This document shows positions 50,417 through 59,511 of a DNA stretch of 64,000 nt, piece after piece. Where the stretch lies: positions 960-64,959 of the forward strand of contig CAYXNJ010000003.1 of the NCBI GenBank assembly GCA_964466465.1, written 5' to 3'. Made by a program: the position numbers and the translations under genes. Within the stretch, counting starts at the first letter, position 1, and every line of letters begins with the position of its first letter. Source of the stretch: an uncultured Sulfurospirillum sp. Its GTDB lineage: Bacteria > Campylobacterota > Campylobacteria > Campylobacterales > Sulfurospirillaceae. The notes beneath the pieces are model-generated. The model was not told the origin of the DNA and made no database searches. It saw nothing but the letters and a program-made list of their open reading frames with translations.

Positions 50417-51190
50417 CTAGATTATACTTTGTTGTGACATAAATGTCAAAATGGACTCGCTGCCTTTGCGATAACCTAGCTCAAAACATGCTTCTATCTG
50501 CCCAAAAGTAAACAATCCAAAATCATCTAACGAAGAATCGCTAATGCACAGATCACTCTGTTCGATCTGCCGTTTGGATGAAGCCAAGATGGAGAGATAA
50601 ATCGCCCGTTCTAAACTAGAGAAGATATGCCTTTTGGGTTGAGTACGAGGAGGAAAAAGATTGATACTTACCACAGGATAAGAAAGCCCTAAAAGCGGCT
50701 CTACGGGTAAATTGTCCATAAATCCCCCATCAATCAGTGTGTAATTTTCATACGCGATGGGGCGAAAAATAGGAATGAGCGCTGAGCTTGCAATGGCAAG
50801 TTTTATCGTCTCGCCTTCAGAAAAACGTACGATTTCGCCACTGGGCAAATCCACACACGTGACAAACGTAGGAATTTTCATCTGCTCTAAGCGAGCCACA
50901 GGTGCTATCTCTTTTAAAATAGCTGCTTTTTCGTTGATGCAAAGAAGCCCTTTACGAAAGTAGTTAAACTGGAACACCTTACGAAATGCTCTACTTTTAA
51001 ACAAACGAAACATATCAAAGGCACTCACCCCAGAGCCTACACTCACCGCGATAACCGCGCCAATACTTGTACCCGAAACGGCGGCTATTTCCACATTGTG
51101 TCGCTCAAGTGCGGCGATGACACCTAGATGAAAAGCCCCACGTGCTGCGCCTCCTGAGAGTGCTAAAGAGATCTTCAATGCCCCAGCCAT
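50417..51190 (-). CDS. Patatin-like phospholipase
   Basis: SGGAARG, GTSIG (GxSxG) and DGG motifs. Confidence 0.9.
   Translation of the reverse strand: MAGALKISLALSGGAARGAFHLGVIAALERHNVEIAAVSGTSIGAVIAVSVGSGVSAFDMFRLFKSRAFRKVFQFNYFRKGLLCINEKAAILKEIAPVARLEQMKIPTFVTCVDLPSGEIVRFSEGETIKLAIASSALIPIFRPIAYENYTLIDGGFMDNLPVEPLLGLSYPVVSINLFPPRTQPKRHIFSSLERAIYLSILASSKRQIEQSDLCISDSSLDDFGLFTFGQIEACFELGYRKGSESILTFMSQQSII
50421..50449 (-). promoter_or_regulatory. Consensus sigma70 promoter for dut inside the patatin 3' end
   Basis: TTGACA-17 bp-TATAAT. Confidence 0.65.
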
Positions 51191-51948
51191 CGTATAATCC
51201 TAAATTCACCCTCATAGGTTTCTACAATGGCAGTACATGACTCCACCCAATCGCCGCAATTAAGGTATTTAATGCCCTCAATATCGCGTATCTCCGCCTT
51301 GTGAATATGTCCACAAATCACGCCATCAAAGTGGTGTCGTTTGGCATGTTCACTTAAAATCGCCTCAAAATCGGTGATAAAAGAGACCGAGCTTTTGACA
51401 TGATCTTTCACATACTTTGAAAGCGACCAGTGGCTATGGTAACGAAGCTTTTTGCGCCACCAATTGAGCCATTGATTGATATTGAGTAAGAGGTCATACC
51501 CCAAATCACCTAAGATGGCAAGCCAGCGTTTTGTCATCGTCACCGAGTCAAAAAAATCGCCATGCGTAATGTAGAAACGCCCTTCTTTAAGGCTTTTATA
51601 CTCACATTCATCGACAACAACAATGTGATCACCCAAACCTAAAGGCAAAAAAGAGCGCAAAAATTCATCATGATTGCCTGTAATGTAAAAGACATTAGTG
51701 CCTTTTCTAGCTTTTCGTAAAATCTTTTGGATGACATCGGAGTGGGATTGCGCCCATTTAATTTTGCGTTTAATCGCCCAACCATCAATGACATCACCGA
51801 CAAGATAGAGGTTTTCACAGTGTGTAAATTTTAAAAATTCTAAAAGCTCCTCCGCTTGGGAAAACCGTGTTCCCAAGTGAAGGTCGGAGATAAAGATGGA
51901 GCGAAAAGCAATTGGGTCTTCATCCCCTAAAAATTGGTATTTGGTCAT
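51175..51948 (-). CDS. PlcP-like metallophosphoesterase (LpxH-like fold; probable phospholipase C)
   Basis: SDLHLG, GDVIDGW, QKILRKARKG, GNHDE, HGD.FD, GHIH and N.GDW motifs. Confidence 0.72.
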   Translation of the reverse strand: MTKYQFLGDEDPIAFRSIFISDLHLGTRFSQAEELLEFLKFTHCENLYLVGDVIDGWAIKRKIKWAQSHSDVIQKILRKARKGTNVFYITGNHDEFLRSFLPLGLGDHIVVVDECEYKSLKEGRFYITHGDFFDSVTMTKRWLAILGDLGYDLLLNINQWLNWWRKKLRYHSHWSLSKYVKDHVKSSVSFITDFEAILSEHAKRHHFDGVICGHIHKAEIRDIEGIKYLNCGDWVESCTAIVETYEGEFRIIRWLGH

Positions 51949-53342
51949 TTGTGTTTATCACTATCTCCAAAAATATCATCGGCAAAGTGAGAGAATTTAC
52001 CACGCACCGATTTATCGAGCTCTATCGCAAAAAGCGAGATGTGTGTTTGCTCTTTTTTGGTCTGTTTCAAAAGTGACGTCAAACCGTTGTTAAAGCGGTT
52101 TAGGTACATGTTGTCAATTTGGCGGTTTGAGCCAATCACAATCGCTTTACAGTTGTTATCCAGACGCGATAAAATAAGCTGAGTCGTGTTGTTTGAACTG
52201 TTTTGCCACTCATCTAGGATGACGATGGCATTAGAGAGCGTTCGACCCCTCGCCTCACCTGGCCAGAGCTTTTCGATGTTGTATTTGGTCATCAGCTCTT
52301 GCACTTTTTTCTCGATAGCTACTTGCGGTTCTTGCGTATTGTCACGTTTTTTCATTCGTTTTTTAGCGATAAACTCCAAAGTATCATACAGCGCCATATT
52401 GTAAATTCTAAACTTCTCATCGTTGCCTGAAAGATAACCTACATCCGCTCCTTTATCGACACTCTCAATGGAGTTACGCACATAGACGATTTTCTCGTAA
52501 CTGCCTTTGGTAACGAGCCTCATCGCTGCGACAAATGCCATCAAGGTTTTACCACTACCTGCACGTGCATCGATGACGTGAATGTCATACATGTTAGAGA
52601 GCAGTGCTTTCATAAAAAACTTCTGTTTGAGGTTGATCGGTTTTACTTCCAATCCTCTAAAGTCTAACTCTTCATTGAGCATATGGATGATGCCACCAGG
52701 AGAGATGATGGCATGTTCTGAATTTCCATCTGGGCTTATAAACTCATAGCAGTAGTTTCCACTTTTATACTCAGGGTCATACTCCATAATCAGCTTTTTA
52801 TCCAGCGTATTAAACAACGCTGAGTCAACAGGAAGCTGTTTGACAAACTCAAACTCTGGCACATCGCTTCTATCTTCTCTTAAAGACTCAACCGTAACAT
52901 TGTAAAAAAGCCCAAACATACGTGCGTAAACATCTAAAGAAAGAAAAATGACCTTGTAGTCTGGATAGTACTCTTGCGCACCTGAAGCGACCTCTAAGAT
53001 GCGTTTGTCGTTGGATTCATTGATGAATTGTGAGTCAATGTCTGAAGAGTAAAGTGTCTTTGAGAAAAGATGAATCGCTATATCTTCTTCATAGCGCATC
53101 TTCACCACGCGATAAAGTTCTCCGCTATCGACTTCTTCGACTTTACACGAAGCAAGCATACGTGCGAAACTTCTGGCTTGGTAGCCAAGTTCCGTGAAGT
53201 TCTTTTTAAAATCTTCCAGCTCTATAAGCACCGTCTCGGGAATCACAATGATGTTGTTTCCGCCATCACACAACTCTTTGATAAAATTGGTATTGTGCAA
53301 GATAATGTTCGTATCGAGCACATAAACTTTATTGACTGACAT
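51945..53342 (-). CDS. PIN-PhoH (PhoH2/YlaK-like) protein
   Basis: N-terminal PIN (VLDTNII, NDKRIL); C-terminal PhoH ATPase (RAGSGKT, RGRTL, LDEWQN); start moved to ATG 53342, downstream of the promoter. Confidence 0.87.
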   Translation of the reverse strand: MSVNKVYVLDTNIILHNTNFIKELCDGGNNIIVIPETVLIELEDFKKNFTELGYQARSFARMLASCKVEEVDSGELYRVVKMRYEEDIAIHLFSKTLYSSDIDSQFINESNDKRILEVASGAQEYYPDYKVIFLSLDVYARMFGLFYNVTVESLREDRSDVPEFEFVKQLPVDSALFNTLDKKLIMEYDPEYKSGNYCYEFISPDGNSEHAIISPGGIIHMLNEELDFRGLEVKPINLKQKFFMKALLSNMYDIHVIDARAGSGKTLMAFVAAMRLVTKGSYEKIVYVRNSIESVDKGADVGYLSGNDEKFRIYNMALYDTLEFIAKKRMKKRDNTQEPQVAIEKKVQELMTKYNIEKLWPGEARGRTLSNAIVILDEWQNSSNNTTQLILSRLDNNCKAIVIGSNRQIDNMYLNRFNNGLTSLLKQTKKEQTHISLFAIELDKSVRGKFSHFADDIFGDSDKHK

Positions 53343-53363
53343 CCCACTTCCTTTCATGCAACA

Positions 53364-53396
53364 ATTGTATGCAAACATTATATCAACTTGGTAACA
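53364..53396 (-). promoter_or_regulatory. Pho-box promoter of the PIN-PhoH/PlcP/patatin operon
   Basis: TGTTAC-caagt-TGATAT-N10-TACAAT; 14 of 17 box positions match the pstS box. Confidence 0.62.
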
Positions 53397-53530
53397 AAAG
53401 GGATGTGTTTTTATTAAGCATTTTCGCTCACATCTAAGCTAGTCAGAACGTTTCAGAATTCAAAAGAGACCTCTATGTTATAATCAAATCTTATTCTAAG
53501 CGTTTTTCTTAGAAAAAAGGAGGTTACTCT

Positions 53531-54928
53531 ATGGATCGCGCTACCAAGATTTATCTACTCTCACTGCTGCTTTTTGGTGGTGGTATCTTAGTGGTTTTGC
53601 ACTATGGCAATGCCCTTTACTTAGACACTGGATTTATTCCTGAAACAACATCTGCTGAAAGTTTTTGGGACAATTTGAAAAGCACATTTATCAAACAACT
53701 TTCTCACCCACTTGCACTTTTATTGGTTCAAATTATTGTTATTATGACAGCAGCTCGTACATTTGGAATTTTAATCTCAAAGTTCTCTCAGCCACCTGTC
53801 ATTGGTGAAATCTTTGCAGGTGTTCTTTTAGGACCTTCTCTTTTAGGTCTTTTCTTCCCAGAACTCTCTGCACTTTTATTTCCACAAAGTTCCTTTCAGA
53901 ACTTACATTTTTTAAGCCAGATTGGTCTGCTTCTGTTTATGTTTGTGGTAGGGATGGAGCTTGATTTTGATAAACTCAAACAACAGAGTAAAGCTTCCAT
54001 TGTTATTAGTCATATCAGTATCATTTTTCCTTTCTTCTTAGGCACCATTCTTGCCTATATGATTTACCCCTCATTTGCATCAACGACCGTTACCTTTACC
54101 GCTTTTTCCCTATTTATCGGTATTGCGATGAGCATCACAGCCTTTCCTGTCCTTGCACGTATTTTAAAAGATAGAAATCTTACAAAAACCTCTTATGGTG
54201 CGATGTCACTCACATGTGCCGCAGCAGATGATGCAACCGCATGGTACATCTTAGCCATCGTCATCGCTGTTTCCACCTCGACCAACCTTTTAATGTCTGT
54301 GTTGATGCTTATTCCTATTGTCGTTTACATCACTGTTATGCTCTTTGTAGTAAAACCTTTTTTACGCTCACTTGGTTCACCAATTCATAACCAAACGCTT
54401 GACATGAAAGTCACGACGATTGTTTTGGTTGTTTTACTATTAAGTGCGCTTACTACAGAACTCTTGGGTATTCACGCCCTTTTTGGCGCATTTATGGCAG
54501 GTGTTATGATGCCTTCATCCAGTGAAAGTGAACTCAAAGAGCGCATTGCTCCACGTTTAGAGTATGTCAGTCTTTTGGTATTATTACCACTCTTTTTCGC
54601 CCTTACAGGACTTCGCACCCAGATTAACCTACTCGAATCTGAACATTTGATGATTTGTCTTGCAATCATTGTGGTTGCCGTTGTGGGGAAGTTTATCGGT
54701 AGTGCCATCGCGAGCCGTTTTATGGGCATTTCATGGCGCGATTCGCTGGCCATTGGTGCGCTTATGAACACACGAGGTTTGATGGAGTTAGTTGTTTTAA
54801 ATATCGGCTATGAACTGGGGATTTTATCGCCTATCTTGTTTACGATGTTCGTTATTATGGCACTGGTAACGACCTTTATGACAGGACCGCTTCTATACCT
54901 CATCGACTTAGCATTTAAAAAACACTAA
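53531..54928 (+). CDS. CPA2-family cation/H+ antiporter
   Basis: QPPVIGEI..G.LLGPS, SITAFPVLARIL, AAADD and LMNTRGL motifs. Confidence 0.88.
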   Translation: MDRATKIYLLSLLLFGGGILVVLHYGNALYLDTGFIPETTSAESFWDNLKSTFIKQLSHPLALLLVQIIVIMTAARTFGILISKFSQPPVIGEIFAGVLLGPSLLGLFFPELSALLFPQSSFQNLHFLSQIGLLLFMFVVGMELDFDKLKQQSKASIVISHISIIFPFFLGTILAYMIYPSFASTTVTFTAFSLFIGIAMSITAFPVLARILKDRNLTKTSYGAMSLTCAAADDATAWYILAIVIAVSTSTNLLMSVLMLIPIVVYITVMLFVVKPFLRSLGSPIHNQTLDMKVTTIVLVVLLLSALTTELLGIHALFGAFMAGVMMPSSSESELKERIAPRLEYVSLLVLLPLFFALTGLRTQINLLESEHLMICLAIIVVAVVGKFIGSAIASRFMGISWRDSLAIGALMNTRGLMELVVLNIGYELGILSPILFTMFVIMALVTTFMTGPLLYLIDLAFKKH

Positions 54929-54940
54929 ATGGTATTGAAC

Positions 54941-54971
54941 AAAGGCTCTTAGTAAAATGCTAAGAGCCTTT
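54941..54971. terminator. Bidirectional hairpin
   Basis: AAAGGCTCTTAGT-aaaat-GCTAAGAGCCTTT with T-tracts. Confidence 0.7.
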
Positions 54972-54977
54972 TCTTTT

Positions 54978-56384
54978 TTATTCCGCTAACCCACCGCCTA
55001 AGACACGATACAACGTCACACGATTCGAGAGTTCTTCCAAACGTACACTGATAAGTGACTGCTCAGAGTTGTAAAATGAGCGCTCGGAGAGAAGCACGTT
55101 AAGGTAGGTATCTACCCCTTTTTGGTAGCGTGCATCATAGAGAGTATAACTCTGTTTATTTGCTTCTACCAAAGCTTTTTGTGCACTGTACTGCTCAGAT
55201 ATGGTTGCACGTCTTGCAAGCGCAGAACTCACCTCTTTAAACGCTGTCTGAATGGTAACTTCATACGTTGCCACATAGGCATCACGTTTGGCTTTGGCAT
55301 AGTCTAAGTTAGCCTCCCTCTCTCCTGCATCAAAGAGTGGTAAAGAGATGTTGGGTACAAATGACCAGATGGGAGAAGTTCCACCACTAAAAAGCCCACT
55401 GAGCGTACTTGAGCCCACACCACCTTTAGTTGTTAAGGTAATAGAAGGAAAATACGCCGCTCTGGCAACACCAATGTTGGCATTTGCCGCTTTGAGGTTG
55501 TGTTCTGCTTCTAGCACATCGGGACGATTCAATAAAACCTGCGAAGAGAGACCCACAGGGACATCAGCTAGCCAATTTTGAGATACTTCATCTAGTGCTT
55601 TAGGTAACAGCGCATCATCCACACGTGCACCGACTAATAGTTCTAAAGCAGCTCTATCTTGCGCCACTTTGGTCGTATAACTTGCTACATCAGCTTTCGC
55701 TTGTTGATAAATACTCCGTGCACTGTAAAGCGAAACATTAGAATCAATGCCCCTCTCAACTCTTTTTTGCACCAACTCTAACGAACGTTTCGCACTCTGC
55801 TCTGTTTGTAAAGAAAGCTTTAATAAACTCTGATCAGAAGCATAGGTTAGCCATGCACTCACTGTCTCAGCAATGAGGGTAATGCGAACCGTTTTTTCAG
55901 CCTCTTCTACCCCTTTATAGGTTTCAAACTCCGCCTCACTCAAACTTCTGGCTTTTCCAAACAGATCCAGTTCATAACTGCTGAGCCCTATGGTTGCAGA
56001 AGAGCTTTGCGAGATGGAGGTTGTATTGGTTGATGAATTCAAAGTACGTGCTTTTGAGCCAGTGGCTCCTGCTTCAATGGTTGGAAATTCACTACTTCGC
56101 TGAATGCGGTACGTTGCACGCGCAGCTTCAATGTTTGCAACCGCTTTTCGTAAATCGCGACTTTGCTCTAAAGCGAGTGCAACCACTTTGGTAAGCCTTT
56201 CATCGTTGATAAATGCTCTCCATGAAAGCTCTTGCACATTTTGATTACTTTCTTTTGCATTTGAAGCAAATGTAGAAGGAATAGGTGCAGATGGGCGTTC
56301 ATACTCAGGAGCAAGCGTCGCACACCCACTCACTAAAAAAGAGATGGCAACGATACTTAGAGTGCTTTTATACAATGTACGCAT
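54978..56384 (-). CDS. RND outer-membrane factor lipoprotein (OprM/NodT-like)
   Basis: Lipobox VSGC; YELDLFG, RPDV..AE..L.AANA and ARAAYFPSI motifs. Confidence 0.92.
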   Translation of the reverse strand: MRTLYKSTLSIVAISFLVSGCATLAPEYERPSAPIPSTFASNAKESNQNVQELSWRAFINDERLTKVVALALEQSRDLRKAVANIEAARATYRIQRSSEFPTIEAGATGSKARTLNSSTNTTSISQSSSATIGLSSYELDLFGKARSLSEAEFETYKGVEEAEKTVRITLIAETVSAWLTYASDQSLLKLSLQTEQSAKRSLELVQKRVERGIDSNVSLYSARSIYQQAKADVASYTTKVAQDRAALELLVGARVDDALLPKALDEVSQNWLADVPVGLSSQVLLNRPDVLEAEHNLKAANANIGVARAAYFPSITLTTKGGVGSSTLSGLFSGGTSPIWSFVPNISLPLFDAGEREANLDYAKAKRDAYVATYEVTIQTAFKEVSSALARRATISEQYSAQKALVEANKQSYTLYDARYQKGVDTYLNVLLSERSFYNSEQSLISVRLEELSNRVTLYRVLGGGLAE

Positions 56385-56385
56385 C

Positions 56386-59300
56386 TTACACCTCCCCTAC
56401 AAGCGTTGCGTGATGTTGACGTTTTGGGAACATCCCTCTCACCAACACAAAAAATAGCGGTACTAAAAAGATAGCCAAGAAAGTTGCACTTAGCGTTCCT
56501 CCTACAATTCCCGTACCAATGGAAATACGACTGTTTGCACCCGCACCACTGGAAAGTGCCAGTGGTAAAACACCTGCGATAAAAGCTAAAGAGGTCATTA
56601 AAATAGGTCTTAGCCTTAATTTTGCACCCTCAACGGCAGCTTCTATAAGGGAACTTCCTCTATTGTATGCCGCTTCGGCAAACTCAACAATCAAAATGGC
56701 ATTTTTAGACGAGAGCCCAATGGTGGTTAGAAGAGCTACTTGGAAGTAAACATCGTTCTCTAATCCTCGCAGTGATGCTGCAACAACGGAGCCAAATATA
56801 CCCAAAGGAATGACCAATAGGACTGAAAATGGTACTGCCCAACTCTCATAGAGCGCTGCTAAACATAAAAAGACGACTAAGATGGAAATGGCATAAAGTT
56901 TTACCGTTTGCCCACTGGATAGGCGCTCTTGATATGAAAGTCCACTCCACGCAAAGCTTGTACCAGCTGGTAAAGCTTCCTGCAAGGCTTCCATTCTATC
57001 CATCGCTACACCAGAACTAACTCCTGGAGCAGAAGCGCCTTGAATCTCATACGATGCCAAACCGTTATAGCGGGTAAGTGTTTGAGCACCATAACTCCAC
57101 TGCGATGTTGCAAATGACGAGAAAGGCGTCATGACATTACTGCTACTTTTTACAAACCACTTATCCAAATCTTCTGGTTTGGCGCGAAACTCCATGTCGC
57201 CTTGGGCATAGACTTTTTTCACACGACCACGGTCCACAAAGTCATTCACATATTTACCTGCCCACGCGAAGCTGAGTGTTTCATCAATATCAGAAAGCGA
57301 AAGCCCAAGAGCGACTGCTTTAGCCTCATCGATTTTGACTTTAAGTTGTGGTGTTTCTCCAAGGCTTCCTAAACGCACAGCCGTAAAGAGGCTATCTTGA
57401 CGTACATTACTCAAAAGTGTATCACGGAAGGTTTTAAACGCTTCACGGTCTGTATCGGAGAGTGCTTGAAGCTGGAAGTTAAAACCATTACTCTGCCCTA
57501 ACCCTTGAATTGCAGGAGGGTTAAGTGAAAAAATCTGCGCGTCACGCACACGTGAAAGATTCATCGTGGCACGACTTGAAATGGTGTCTGCTCTGTTATA
57601 CACGCCAGGTCTTTTATCCCAATCTTTGAGCGCCACAAACGCCATACCAGCGTTTTGACCGCTTCCACTAAAACTAAAACCTGAAATAGTAAAAATCGCC
57701 TCAGTGTTATTGCTCTCTTCATTTAAGAAGTAGCGCTCAATCTCCCTTGCAACCGCATCACTTCGTTTAAATGAAGCCCCCTCAGGCAAACTAAACTGAA
57801 CCATGCTGTTGCCTTGGTCTTCACTGGGTAAAAAGCCTGTTGGAAGGCGTAAAATCAAAAATGCCATCACTGAGGCGATCATGCCATACACCACCATCCA
57901 ACGGATCGGACGGGCGATGACAGAGCTCACATTGCCTTTGTAGCGTTCGATCAAACGATCAAAGGTCGTGTTAAACCAACCAAAAAAACCACGTCCATGA
58001 CTCTCTGTATGCGGTTTAAGTAATGAAGCACACAGTGCTGGTGTCAATGTCAATGCCACAATAACAGAAAGCACCATTGACGAAACAATGGTAATGGAAA
58101 ATTGTCGGTAAATTACCCCCGTTGATCCTCCAAAAAACGCCATAGGAAGGAATACGGCTGAGAGCACTGTGGCAATACCAATCAACGCACTAGTGATCTC
58201 CCTCATCGACTTCTCGGTCGCTTCCATAGGGGAAAGTTTTTCTTCACGCATAATACGCTCAACATTTTCAACAACAACAATTGCATCATCCACCAAAAGA
58301 CCGATGGAGAGTACCATACCAAACATGGTGAGCGTATTGATGGAGTAGCCAAAAACCTCTAAAACGCCAAAGGTACCTAGCAAAACAACTGGCACAGCAA
58401 TCGCAGGAATCAGCGTTGCACGCCAATTTTGTAAAAAGACGAACATAACGACAACAACAAGCAAGATCGCTTCAAAAAGGGTTTTAACAACTTCTTCAAT
58501 CGAGATGCGAATAAACTTTGTACTATCACGTGGATAGGCTACTTTGTAGCCATCTGGCATCGTAGCTTCCATCTTAGCAACCGTTTTTTTGACACGATCT
58601 GCTGTTGCAAGGGCATTCGCTCCAGGGGCGAGCATAACAGCAAGTCCAGAAGCAGGGTGACCGTTCAGTCTGGTGACACTGTTGTAACTTTCACTGCCAA
58701 GTTCAACTCTGGCAACATCGCCCAAGCGAACAAGGGCTCCATTGCTATCACTTTTAACAATGATGTTGGAAAACTCTTCTGCTGTTTGTAGCTGTGATTT
58801 TGCGGTTACCGTAGCATTGAGCTGTTGTTCAGAAGAACTTGGCAGTGCGCCTATGCTACCCGCAGAGACCTGCACGTTTTGTGCGGTAATGGCACTACTG
58901 ATGTCGGAGGGCATCAAACTATAGGAAGCCAGTTTATTAGGGTCTAACCAAATACGCATCGCGTATTGACCACCAAACACTTGCACCGTACCCACACCTT
59001 CTAAACGGGCGATCGGGTCTTGCATGTTACTGAGCAGATAATCCGCGACATCGACCGACATTTTGGTATCGGTAACATCATACAAAGAGACGATCATCAA
59101 AAAGTCATTTTGCGCTTTGGTAACACGTACACCTTCATTTTGAACAGATTTTGGAAGGCGTGTCGTAATCTGAGCAACTTTGTTTTGAACCTGTACTTGC
59201 GCAGTATCGGCATCCGTTCCTTTTTGAAAGGTAACATCGATACGTGCACTTCCTGATGAGCTACTGCTGGAAGAAAAATATAAAAGACCATCCAGTCCTG

Positions 59301-59511
59301 TAAGTTGTTGTTCGATAATCTGCACAACACTGTTCTCCACCGTTTGCGCAGAAGCTCCCGTATAGGTTGTGTCAATGCGAATGGTAGGAGGAGCGACATC
59401 TGGGTATTGCGCTACGGGCAAGGTTAAGATGGAACCCATACCTGCAAGCATAATAACAATGGAAATAACCCATGCAAAAATGGGTCTATGGATAAAAAAG
59501 TGTGCGATCAT
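56386..59511 (-). CDS. RND efflux permease (HAE1/AcrB family)
   Basis: FFIHRPIFAWV, GLLVDDAIVVVEN, KNAILIVEFA and RLRPILMTS motifs. Confidence 0.95.
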   Translation of the reverse strand: MIAHFFIHRPIFAWVISIVIMLAGMGSILTLPVAQYPDVAPPTIRIDTTYTGASAQTVENSVVQIIEQQLTGLDGLLYFSSSSSSSGSARIDVTFQKGTDADTAQVQVQNKVAQITTRLPKSVQNEGVRVTKAQNDFLMIVSLYDVTDTKMSVDVADYLLSNMQDPIARLEGVGTVQVFGGQYAMRIWLDPNKLASYSLMPSDISSAITAQNVQVSAGSIGALPSSSEQQLNATVTAKSQLQTAEEFSNIIVKSDSNGALVRLGDVARVELGSESYNSVTRLNGHPASGLAVMLAPGANALATADRVKKTVAKMEATMPDGYKVAYPRDSTKFIRISIEEVVKTLFEAILLVVVVMFVFLQNWRATLIPAIAVPVVLLGTFGVLEVFGYSINTLTMFGMVLSIGLLVDDAIVVVENVERIMREEKLSPMEATEKSMREITSALIGIATVLSAVFLPMAFFGGSTGVIYRQFSITIVSSMVLSVIVALTLTPALCASLLKPHTESHGRGFFGWFNTTFDRLIERYKGNVSSVIARPIRWMVVYGMIASVMAFLILRLPTGFLPSEDQGNSMVQFSLPEGASFKRSDAVAREIERYFLNEESNNTEAIFTISGFSFSGSGQNAGMAFVALKDWDKRPGVYNRADTISSRATMNLSRVRDAQIFSLNPPAIQGLGQSNGFNFQLQALSDTDREAFKTFRDTLLSNVRQDSLFTAVRLGSLGETPQLKVKIDEAKAVALGLSLSDIDETLSFAWAGKYVNDFVDRGRVKKVYAQGDMEFRAKPEDLDKWFVKSSSNVMTPFSSFATSQWSYGAQTLTRYNGLASYEIQGASAPGVSSGVAMDRMEALQEALPAGTSFAWSGLSYQERLSSGQTVKLYAISILVVFLCLAALYESWAVPFSVLLVIPLGIFGSVVAASLRGLENDVYFQVALLTTIGLSSKNAILIVEFAEAAYNRGSSLIEAAVEGAKLRLRPILMTSLAFIAGVLPLALSSGAGANSRISIGTGIVGGTLSATFLAIFLVPLFFVLVRGMFPKRQHHATLVGEV

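Noticed and set aside
51175-51948. Annotation as LpxH
   Set aside because: It has GNHD rather than GNRD, PlcP-like sequence segments and Pho-linked context; LpxH is kept only as a lower-probability alternative.
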